From Escherichia coli (lineage in GTDB: Bacteria > Pseudomonadota > Gammaproteobacteria > Enterobacterales > Enterobacteriaceae): a DNA stretch of 64,000 nucleotides. Shown piece by piece: positions 1-9,500 of this stretch (the first letter of the stretch is position 1; each line of letters opens with the position of its first letter). The stretch lies in the NCBI RefSeq assembly GCF_009931435.1, contig NZ_CP043414.1. One strand, written 5' to 3'. The position numbers and the translations under genes were made by a program. Under the pieces are notes generated by a model. The model had not been told where the DNA came from. It saw nothing but the letters and a program-made list of their open reading frames with translations, and made no database searches.

Positions 1-1405
1 AACGCATCGCCCTGTTCAAAACGCGCCCGCCCAGACATTCCCTTTTGGGCAATCATCTCTTGCCCCTGTGCAACATTTAACTCACTGTAATCACGTAACA
101 AAATATCGCTTACGGCAGGCTCGTTTGCCAGCGCATCCAGTACATAGCCCCCATGCCCTGCGGCAATGTCAACCACGCGGACGGCTAAACCATTGGCGTG
201 GAGATCGGCAACGGCTTGTTTCATCAGCATTTGTAAATGGGCTTTGCGCTGGCGAATACCGCGCCAGCCAACACTGTTCAGGTAGATTTTGTCGATAAAA
301 CGCCCGAATGCGTTACTGCCTTGAGGTTGATTTTGATAGACATAATCCAGCGAACTGCCTGAATCAAAGCCGGTGCTCATTCCGAGATGCAGGCCCGCAG
401 ATTGCGCCCCGAACAGTTTCATCGCCTTTCGCATAAAGCGATACGCCAAATCAACTGGCGATAATGGCACGGGTCCACCAGAAAGGAGCCGCCATCGATC
501 CGCAGATGGTCCTGTGCGGTCTTCATGCTGATAATCAAATTTTTGCGACTTGTTAGCATATAAGCGACTAATAAAGCTTTGCATTTTTTCAAATGCCTGT
601 GCCCTGTTCTCTTCACCCAACGTGTCGTGATAAAAGCCCGGCAGCAGATGCAGCTCTTTCAGAGGGCTACGTAATCTCTGATAAAAATCAATCTGCGGTT
701 GGCGATGTACCACATAGTCATCGCCCGATATCAGTAGTTGCGTAGGGAGCGTAATCGCCGCCGCATCGCTAACAATACGTTCAGACGTTTTATAGAGATC
801 GAGCAAGATATTGACGGCAATCGCCCGTGTGATCAGCGGATCATTATTGAAACTCGCTACCCGTTCCCAATCGTGGGTCAAATAGCGTCCTTTCACATAG
901 GAATTAATAAAAAACAGACCACGCAGACGATGCCATAACGCCAGCGCAGGACGTGCCAGCGGCACATACAATTTAACCTTAAAGGCCGGAGAAGCCAGCA
1001 CCAGCCCGCGAATAGCAGGCGCATAATCATGAACCCATGTGGCAACCAGCACTGCGCCGACGCTTTGCGCGATCACAACCACCTCTTCCAGCCCGACCTG
1101 GCTGTCGCTGGCAGCAAAACGGACAAATTCATCGACATCCTGCACTGAACGCGCAAGAGATGGGCTATAACCACGCGGCCCCGAAGTTTGTCCATGCCCT
1201 CGGGCATCCCAGGCATAAAAAGTAGTATCTGGCATCGCCAGTTCATCAACGATATGTTGTAGACGACCAGAATGTTCATGACCGCGATGAAATAAGACGA
1301 TGACCTTTTTAACCCCTGGCTGTAAAGCGGGCCAGTGCCGATAAAACAACGCTGTATTATCACTGGCTGTAAAAAAACATTCCCCAGGGATGCGTGAATT
1401 TTCCA
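1..1405 (-). CDS. ynbC: YnbC-like bifunctional alpha/beta-hydrolase / methyltransferase; 3' end lies beyond the window edge
   Basis: Minus-strand frame is open from ATG (rc) at 1403-1405 to position 1. Translation begins MENSRIPGECFFTASDNTALFYRHWPALQPGVKKVIVLFHRGHEHSGR, matching the YnbC N-terminus as I recall it. Absent from the ORF track only because no stop falls inside the window. Confidence 0.85.
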
Positions 1406-1421
1406 TTTTCTCTATTTTCCT

Positions 1422-2318
1422 TCAGTAACAGCAGTAGCGAATAAAATAAAAAAATACCGGAGCGGTGAAAATTAATGAGTCAATCCTGTCAAGGAGTCCG
1501 CCATGTCCTGGTAATAGTTTTCCACTATCTTTAACACCAATATCTCGTTTGATGGCTGACATCACTACATCGCCGCAAAAACCACTAATACCAATTAACA
1601 AACCCGCTAATAATGCCTGTAATGTATCTAGCGGTGTCAGCAACGGTCCAATAATCAGTGACGCAATCATGGTGGTGATTACGCCGCCCATCAGACCTTC
1701 CAATGTTTTTCCCGGGCTGACTTTAGGGACCACTTTTCTTCTGCCGCAGGATTTCCCCCATAAATACTGTGCAATATCGTTTGACTCGGTTAATGCCAAA
1801 AGAAATAACACCAGTAACGCCCCGACCTGGATATTTATGGTTGGCAACATTAATAACCAGGCGGCATGACTCAAGGCGAAAACGGTCATTATCCAGCCCC
1901 AAAAAATGGCGCTCACGGTATGCAGAAAACCGGAGAGGTCACCCACAAAAACTTGCCAGGTGGCTAATATCAGAAACCCAGCCAAAGGTATGAATAACAG
2001 AAACAGCTCAAAGCAATTAAAACCGATAAGCAAATAGTTAAGAGGAATAACCCAATATAACCAACGCGGAAAATGAACGGATATAAGCGTACAATATTCT
2101 TTCAATGCCATAAAACTTATCAGCGCAAAAAACGTCAATGTCATCCAGTGTGGACCTGAAATGACCAGTGAAAAACAAATGACGATGCCCCACCAGGTAC
2201 GAATACGTAATGTAACTTCATCCCCTTTTCTCTTTGGTAACCGCCATACCAGAAAACGGTTTATCAGCGTTGCTAAAATTAACAACACGAAAAGTATTGC
2301 CAGAGATTTTTCCAGCAT
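1422..2318 (-). CDS. ynbB: CDP-diglyceride synthetase (CdsA) paralog, integral membrane
   Basis: 298-aa ORF, multiple hydrophobic helices, C-terminal CdsA-type motif region (KRDIGVKDSGKLLPGHGGLLDRIDS). Start ATG overlaps the ynbA stop (TAATG at 2316-2320). Confidence 0.9.
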   Translation of the reverse strand: MLEKSLAILFVLLILATLINRFLVWRLPKRKGDEVTLRIRTWWGIVICFSLVISGPHWMTLTFFALISFMALKEYCTLISVHFPRWLYWVIPLNYLLIGFNCFELFLLFIPLAGFLILATWQVFVGDLSGFLHTVSAIFWGWIMTVFALSHAAWLLMLPTINIQVGALLVLFLLALTESNDIAQYLWGKSCGRRKVVPKVSPGKTLEGLMGGVITTMIASLIIGPLLTPLDTLQALLAGLLIGISGFCGDVVMSAIKRDIGVKDSGKLLPGHGGLLDRIDSLIFTAPVFFYFIRYCCY

Positions 2319-2923
2319 TACTTTTCAGCACTCATAAAAAGCACGCTCCGACTACGATTAATCGCAGTCCAGATAAGCAGAATTGAAGCAATGCTCCATA
2401 AAAGATTATTCCATTGCATCCACTGTGGATAAATGGCAACGGCCAGCCCCCACAACCCAAATATTAACGCACGATCGCTTTTGCCAAATGGACCGGCATA
2501 ACTGCGAATACCGTTAATCGTCTGCGCGAGTAAACCGCAAAACTCAGTCAATATGGTGCAAAATAACATGAGTATTACGAGTGATGCGTTACTTTCCGGT
2601 AAAAATAAAAACGGTAAATAAAGCGCAATATCGGAAATAACATCGCCAGTTTCATTCAAAATCGCCCCAAGACGTGTTTGCTGATTACACTCACGCGCCA
2701 TCATGCCATCCAGCGCATTGAGTGCCATACGGACAAAAAGCACGATGGGCAATAGCAAAAAGAGGATGGGGCGTGCCACCAACATCAACAGCAATCCGGT
2801 AAGAAGAGAAAGCGCCAGTGCAGCAAGAGTGATGTGATTCGCTGTAACATGGTGCTTATTAAGCCAAAACATCGTCGGCCTTAACAGCGACTGAAAGAGC
2901 GGTTTTATCTGGTAGAGCGTCAT
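2318..2923 (-). CDS. ynbA: CDP-alcohol phosphatidyltransferase family membrane protein
   Basis: CDP-OH phosphotransferase signature D-G-x2-A-R...G-x3-D-x3-D (LDGMMARECNQQTRLGAILNETGDVISD). Native start taken as MTLYQIKPLF; the track ORF starts 2 codons earlier at 2929. Confidence 0.88.
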   Translation of the reverse strand: MTLYQIKPLFQSLLRPTMFWLNKHHVTANHITLAALALSLLTGLLLMLVARPILFLLLPIVLFVRMALNALDGMMARECNQQTRLGAILNETGDVISDIALYLPFLFLPESNASLVILMLFCTILTEFCGLLAQTINGIRSYAGPFGKSDRALIFGLWGLAVAIYPQWMQWNNLLWSIASILLIWTAINRSRSVLFMSAEK

Positions 2924-3093
2924 TATCAATCCTTGATAATTCGGTTTGCGCTATGGTGCATCAATTCCCCTGACGGAGATATCGCAACACGCCGCTTCAT
3001 TAAAAATTCAGAATATATCAAGGTATTGGGGACTCACCGTCAGGAATGATTATCCCCAATAGATCAAGTGGTTAAAAATTATTACGCTGTTAT

Positions 3094-5406
3094 TCAATAC
3101 AACTCATCAAGTTTTCTCATCGCTTGTTCCCGTATTGCGCGCGTCTTACCGTTAAGCGCCAGCTGGCGAACTAAATCCAGTTCAGGGTTAACAAGCTCTA
3201 ACGCCAGCAAAGGATCACGTTTCAGCCTCGCCTTCAATACATCAACTGGAAAGCGGGGATTATTCATCGCCACAATCCACCACTCGGGATCAATTTCTGC
3301 CGCCAGTGCCGCAGGGGGGGTGTGGCGGTTGCTAAGTGCGCCGAACTTGAAAAATGTGAGATTGCTTTTCGCCAGTGTACTCCACCATATACGATCCGGT
3401 TGTTTTGCCAGTACATCCAGTTGTGCTAACGCATCGGGGTCGAGTGCATAATAAACACGTAACGCTTCGTTAACCTGCGCACGGGAACTGTTTTCCTGCC
3501 TCAGAAAAAACTTCGCCCAAATATCATTGCGTGGCGTGTTTTGCTGTAATTCCTTGAGAACAACAGCGGGTAAATCATCCCAACTAATTAATGCACTCTC
3601 TAAAAAGTCCCAGTCGTCCGAACGTATCAGAGAGGTGGCATTTAATAGCATCTGGTCATCAACTTCACCGTAGCTGATAAGCTCAGACAAAATCATATCA
3701 GCGCTGGTTTCATATGCATCTGAATCTGCTTTGGGATTATTTTTCCGATGCGATAAAGCACGTTGCCAAATTTTTTGTTTCATCGACGTGCTCAGATACT
3801 GATTTTTCGCCAGATTACTCCACCCCTCAGGATCGTTGAAACGTGTCAATAACCGTTGTAGAGCAGCGTCAGAGTGAATTACCTGCATATCCCGACAGCA
3901 AAAGTAGGCAGGGGATTTTTTCTCCATCCTTTTAACAAAATTAAACTGTAAGTTATCTGGCAATGCTAAAAATAACACACGTATTAGATCATCGTCATTC
4001 TCGAATTTTTGGTATAAATATACTGCTATTTTGTCACTCTCTTGTGGCGTCATCCGCAACAATTGACCATGGTGTTTCATCTCTGCCAGTTTGAACGCTA
4101 ATCTTGTGACAACATCGTTTGATGAATCGTTCGCCAACTGCATTGCCTGATTGTAGGTGAGTTGTCCTCCAGCACCGACTTGACGAATAGAGGAATCATC
4201 ACTGCGGATATAGCCATCAATAATGGATTCGGGCAATAACCACGCATCTTTATAAAGCTCCTGAATGATCATATCCCAATCTCTTTTCGCCAGAGTCATG
4301 ACGATATCCAGAGGGAGATTTTCACGTAGCGCAAGATTCAACGGACCGACACCATCAGGTAGATGACTCATTCGCGTCATTATTTCGACAGAGAGCGGTT
4401 CACGGTCGAGCAACCCCAGAACAACAGGCTGGTAACCTAATTGCTGATCGGTCAACTCCAGAATCTCATTGTCAGGCATATATCTCGCCATACTTGCAAT
4501 CGTTTTTTCATCATTGCTATTAATAAGTTGTTTGCGTAGGTTAGCTGAAATTCCTTTAAGCCTTGGGAGAGTTCGCATTATGGCAAGATCAAATGTCGCA
4601 ATATCTCGTCCTTCAAATGCAGCAACGTTGCCTTCATCCAGAATTTGCAATTCCTGCACTAACTCAGGAGAAGGCTTAGGGCGAAACAGCGCTTCTTTTT
4701 TCATCTGATTACAGACATTCCCTGCCATGCGAATATTGCTTCGCTTAAAAATTTCTTTCAGAGCATCTTCATCATTTATTAGACCCCAATAATATGCATC
4801 AGGATTTATTATCATCAGCGCTTTTTTGACATTTTCAGTGTCATTTTTATCACTCGCACGGACCATGAATTCACTATTTGTCGAAGACGCAACAACAGGT
4901 GCAATTATGTCATTGATAAATATCCCACGCGCATTAATACTCCCCTTAATCGTAGACGGATTATCGTAATATGAATCGATAAATACCAGTCCACTTGCAT
5001 TTATCGAACCGGTAATTAACAGTGGTGAATCCGTAACTATATTCGTTGCCGTCACGTTACCGAGAATAACCCATGGATTAGAAAGAGAGAAAGTGGAAAT
5101 ATTACCTTTGACTGTCAAATTGCCAAGAACAATCAATTTTTGATTACTCTCTATATTACCTTCTACCACTAAATCGCCACGATGCACTTTCCAGTCCGAT
5201 GCAGATAAACCGAAGGGGACAAGATTCACGCTACTGTTGATAGCTTGTTCAACTTGCTGTTTATCTTCAGCGGTAGCCGCAGATAAAAATGGATTAATAT
5301 CAACTGCATTTGCAACACATCGAAGTTCCGCCTGTACTGGAAGACTCAGGATAAACAGGGGAAGTAAACGTATCCAGCCGCAAATCCTGGCCTTAAACAT
5401 ATGCAC
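3094..5406 (-). CDS. ydbD: YdbD, large exported protein of unknown function
   Basis: 770-aa ORF with N-terminal signal-peptide-like segment (MHMFKARICGWIRLLPLFILSLPVQA). Position between ynbA and ydbC matches E. coli ydbD. No catalytic motif recognised. Confidence 0.85.
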   Translation of the reverse strand: MHMFKARICGWIRLLPLFILSLPVQAELRCVANAVDINPFLSAATAEDKQQVEQAINSSVNLVPFGLSASDWKVHRGDLVVEGNIESNQKLIVLGNLTVKGNISTFSLSNPWVILGNVTATNIVTDSPLLITGSINASGLVFIDSYYDNPSTIKGSINARGIFINDIIAPVVASSTNSEFMVRASDKNDTENVKKALMIINPDAYYWGLINDEDALKEIFKRSNIRMAGNVCNQMKKEALFRPKPSPELVQELQILDEGNVAAFEGRDIATFDLAIMRTLPRLKGISANLRKQLINSNDEKTIASMARYMPDNEILELTDQQLGYQPVVLGLLDREPLSVEIMTRMSHLPDGVGPLNLALRENLPLDIVMTLAKRDWDMIIQELYKDAWLLPESIIDGYIRSDDSSIRQVGAGGQLTYNQAMQLANDSSNDVVTRLAFKLAEMKHHGQLLRMTPQESDKIAVYLYQKFENDDDLIRVLFLALPDNLQFNFVKRMEKKSPAYFCCRDMQVIHSDAALQRLLTRFNDPEGWSNLAKNQYLSTSMKQKIWQRALSHRKNNPKADSDAYETSADMILSELISYGEVDDQMLLNATSLIRSDDWDFLESALISWDDLPAVVLKELQQNTPRNDIWAKFFLRQENSSRAQVNEALRVYYALDPDALAQLDVLAKQPDRIWWSTLAKSNLTFFKFGALSNRHTPPAALAAEIDPEWWIVAMNNPRFPVDVLKARLKRDPLLALELVNPELDLVRQLALNGKTRAIREQAMRKLDELY

Positions 5407-5463
5407 TCCATGCCATTAAAAAAGAAACAAAAGGGAAATGCATCTTTCCCTTTTGTATATTCG

Positions 5464-6324
5464 TTATTCTCGCGAAATACCATCCAACGTAGACAACACG
5501 TCCGCAGAAAGATGCAATTTTTCAGCAGCCATATTCTCCCGTAAATGCGCAACAGAAGATGTTCCAGGAATCAACAAAATATTCGGTGAACGTTGTAACA
5601 GCCACGCCAGCGCTACCTGCATTGGTGTCGCATTAAGGCTCGCAGCAACATCGGAAAGCGTGGAGGATTGCAGCGGCGTAAAGCCCCCGAGCGGGAAGAA
5701 CGGCACGTAGGCAATGCCGTCACGAGCCAAAGCATCAATCATTGCGTCATCAGCACGATGAGCAATGTTGTATTCGTTCTGCACGCAGACGATTTCGGCA
5801 ATCTTGCGTGCCTCTGCAACCTGCGTCGGTGTGACGTTGCTCAGGCCAATATGTTTTACCAGGCCTTGTTGTCGCATCTCTGCCAGCACGGTCAGGCTGG
5901 CTTCAATCGATCCTTCCGCTGGGCCATGACCATCCCCCATCATAACGCGCAGGTTGACCACATCCAGTACGTCCAGTCCGAGATTACGTAGATTATCGTG
6001 TACCGCTTTTTGCAACTCTGCCGGAGAAAATGCGGGCAACCAGGAGGCGTCCTCTCCACGCCGCGCCCCAATTTTAGTAACAATGGTCAGGTCGTCAGAG
6101 TAAGGATAAAGCGCTTCGCGGATAATCTGATTGGTGACGTGTGGACCATAAAAGTCACTGGTATCAATGTGATTAACGCCTAATGCCAGCGCCTCGCGCA
6201 GCACGGTTATAGCGACGTGGCGATCCCTTGGGGGACCAAAAACTCCAGGACCTGCCAGTTGCATCGCGCCATAACCAAGACGGTTAACGGATTTTGTACC
6301 GAGAGTAAATGTGTTGCTGCTCAT
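5464..6324 (-). CDS. ydbC: NAD(P)-dependent aldo-keto reductase
   Basis: 286-aa ORF with typical AKR fold sequence (GYGAMQLAG...HIDTSDFYG...GLSNV). Synteny next to ydbD and ydbA. Confidence 0.9.
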   Translation of the reverse strand: MSSNTFTLGTKSVNRLGYGAMQLAGPGVFGPPRDRHVAITVLREALALGVNHIDTSDFYGPHVTNQIIREALYPYSDDLTIVTKIGARRGEDASWLPAFSPAELQKAVHDNLRNLGLDVLDVVNLRVMMGDGHGPAEGSIEASLTVLAEMRQQGLVKHIGLSNVTPTQVAEARKIAEIVCVQNEYNIAHRADDAMIDALARDGIAYVPFFPLGGFTPLQSSTLSDVAASLNATPMQVALAWLLQRSPNILLIPGTSSVAHLRENMAAEKLHLSADVLSTLDGISRE

Positions 6325-6475
6325 CGCACCCTGCCCTGTAATAAAACGGATTAAGAAAAATCAGTATAGAAACGAAAAGAGTTAAATAATGCGAAGGCGT
6401 AAACAAGATTACTGGATGAGTTGCTCTATTGTCCTGAAAAACACCAAAACAAAACGCGTCAAGCGCCGCATCCGG

Positions 6476-6508
6476 CAATAAAAAACCGCAACCTGTATCA
6501 GCGTTGCG
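6476..6508 (-). terminator. Rho-independent terminator downstream of ydbA
   Basis: Perfect hairpin ccgcaacgctgatacaggttgcgg (rc of 6485-6508) followed on the minus strand by a T-run (A-run 6476-6484 on plus). A partial REP-like motif (gcgccgcatccggcaa) lies just 5' at 6455-6470. Confidence 0.7.
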
Positions 6509-6531
6509 GTTTATGCATCACATACTAAAAA

Positions 6532-9500
6532 TTAGAACGTTTTCTTGAAGTTCAGCATCACGCCTTTATCGCTGATACCATCCTCTTTCCAGTGGTAAGC
6601 ATCCAGATTCAGCGAACTTTCTTTGCTGCTGTACTTCACGCCGACGCTTGCCAGACTGTTGATGCCGCCGCCCTTCTGCCCATCATCGACATTAAAGTGC
6701 TGGCTGCCTGCGCCTGCCAGGCTTGCCGTGCGCTGGCTCTTGCTGTAGCTGAGGTTCGGCCCACCTTCCAGCGTGGCGTTCGCACTCCAGCCGTCTTTCC
6801 CTGCGTAGTCCAGCTTCAGCCCGACGATGCTGTCCACCGCCGTTTCGCTGCCGCTGTTCATGCTCAGGTTAAAGTCTCCGGCATTGCGCTCCTGATAGTC
6901 GCCTTCCAGCGTGTGACGCAGTTTCACACCCGCATATGGCGTGATTTTCAGCCCTTCGCGCGGTTCAAAGGTTTTCGCCCCTTCGCTGCGGAACTCCAGG
7001 TACTGTTGTTTCACATTCGTGTCTGCCGTCTTACTGATGTCGCCGTAAGCCACCGAACGGCTGCTGTCCAGTTGGTGAATATCGTAGCGCAGCGCGTTAT
7101 TCCAGCTCATACCGTTGTCAAAGGACATCTGATGCTTCAGGCCAAAGAACTGGCTGTAGCCGCCTGTAACACCATTATCACCCGCTTTCTGCGCACCATC
7201 GCCGTCCAGACGGGCGATACCGTACTCCAGGCTCATGGTCTGGTTTTCGCTCAGGTCGAGGGTTTTGCGCAGCGCCAGCATGTCGTACTCGGTATTATTC
7301 CCCAGCTCTGCACGCGGATCGCCTTTCGCCACCACGTTAAATGCCAGACCGTTGCCCATCTTCGGTGCTGCGTCTGCCAGCATACTAAAGCGATTGCTTA
7401 ACACACGCGCTTCGCGGAATACCGTGGTCGCCTGGCTACCGCTAATTTGCTTAAGTGCGCTGTTCAGCTCTGCAGTGGTGCCGACGTTCAGACTGGTATA
7501 CAGCTCATTGTTGGTGTAACCCGCATCCAGCGCTTTTGCCACGTCATTCACTGAGGCATCCGTCGCCACATCGGTGTAGGCTTTTTTGCTCATGGTCACG
7601 TCAACGTTGCCGCTGGCGTCGGTACTGCCTGTCGCCTGCCAGACAACAGATGTCGAAGTGATCGCTTGCGCATCGGTCAGGTTGCTGCCTTGCACCACAT
7701 CATCAAAGCTGGCGGTTTTGTCCGCCGTTCCCGCCGCAAAAGCAGTGTTGATCTCCACGCCTTTCATACTGGCGTTATTGACCATCAGCTTACCAGCGCT
7801 ACCATCGGCGTTCGTCCCCACCACGTAACCATTGAGGTTGTTCATGCCATCGTTGCGGCTAACGGAAGAAGAATGACTGTCGTCGTATGGCGTAATGGTG
7901 GGTTCTTCCGGCGCGGTAAAGTCGACATAGTGTACTTCCGTACCGTCTCCCCCTTCACCACTGCCCTCCATCACCGTGCCAGATTGTTTAATTAATCCGG
8001 AACCATTCACGCTGTCGTCAATATAAACAGTGCCGTTGTTAACAATATGACCATTGCTCCCGAGCTTGCTGAAGGCATATGAATTGCTGGCATATATATT
8101 GATGGTGCCGTTATTCTCAATCACCGCATCAGCCGTGGCATCGGATTCCAGTTGCATCCCTACCATGCCTGTCCTGGTAGTTCCTTGCGTGCCAACGTTA
8201 ATGGTGCCGTTGTTGATCATTTTGGCTTTACCGTGCGCCGACATCGCCACATTACTATTTTTGTCGATATTAATAATGCCGTCGTTTATTGCCTTGCTGG
8301 CCGTGTTTGATGTCAGGATCTGCCCGTTGATGAAGCCAGACTGGCCATTATAGAACGTATGCCCATCACCACCGGTGCTAATTCTCATGTCACCTTCTAC
8401 TGTCCCCCAATTATTAAAATGTCCTGTCCACAGCGCATTCGTCGCCACCGTTGCCACACTGCCTTCCAGATTGTTGAAGGTGCCACCTTTATCAACCGAT
8501 GCATTATTTACGGTACCAGCATTATTAAAGGTAGAGGCTGCAGCAAAAGTTATTTTCTCTACTTTTCCACCGGCCTGATTATTCATTACGGCAGACCCGG
8601 AAGAACCTTTCCAGGCGTTCACCGTTCCGGTGTTATAAAAATTGCTGGCCCACTGGTCAACCGTGTTGATGCTGCCTGAGTTGTGAATAACCGATCCTGC
8701 AACAGTCGTTCCGACTTGCCCGCTCACCGTACCTTCGTTAGTGAACACGCCGCCATCCACAGAAACAGTTTTTGTCGTGCCGTGGTTGGTGTATTCCCCA
8801 CCGGTTGCGATATCAACCTCAATAATACTGCCCGTGGTTTCATTGACCAGATGACCAAAGTCAGCCACGGTGACAGGTCCCCCGGTGACCGTACCCGTGT
8901 TTGTTACCAGGGTTTCGGCGGTTGCCGTGATATCAGTAGTACCGCCATATGAATACAGGTTAAGCGTTTCCCCGTCAGCCGAAATAATGTCACCATTTCT
9001 CCAGCTTAATGAAACAAACCCGTCAGTCGGGTTATAGGCGTTATTGTCCTGGCATTTCCCAAAAGTACAGATGGATCCGTAATTAACGATAGTCCCGCTG
9101 CCATCGTTATAGAACGCCTGCCCGTTTTCAGCATTAATATTGATGATGCCCGTCTGATCATTAATCGCAGTGGCACCATTGTAAACAGCCATGCCGACCA
9201 ATTTATTTGGCCCCAGCGTATCATCATCATTTTCATTTACTTCCAGATTTATAGTTCCCTGGTTAATAATAATGTTACCTGGCTTCATCGCAGCCATACC
9301 GGCACCGGAATTATAGAGTGTTATTTCACCACCCTGCTGGTTAATGGCGGTAGAATTAACGCTGGCACCAGAACTGTCTGTACCCACAGCCATCCCGACA
9401 GCATAATCTTTGGCGCTGTCATGAGCGATATTGGACGCCAGACTGGAAGTATCGTTTTCATCAACCCATAATGCGTCAATGAAAATCTTACCCATATTGT

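Noticed and set aside
6592-7401. 269-aa plus-strand ORF (and a series of 60-130-aa ORFs on the plus strand between 7235 and 11737) inside ydbA
   Set aside because: All lie antisense to the 1830-aa autotransporter ORF. They are low-complexity translations (Ala/Val/Arg- or Pro/Ser/Leu-rich) of the repetitive passenger-coding sequence, with no independent start context. I read them as frame artefacts.
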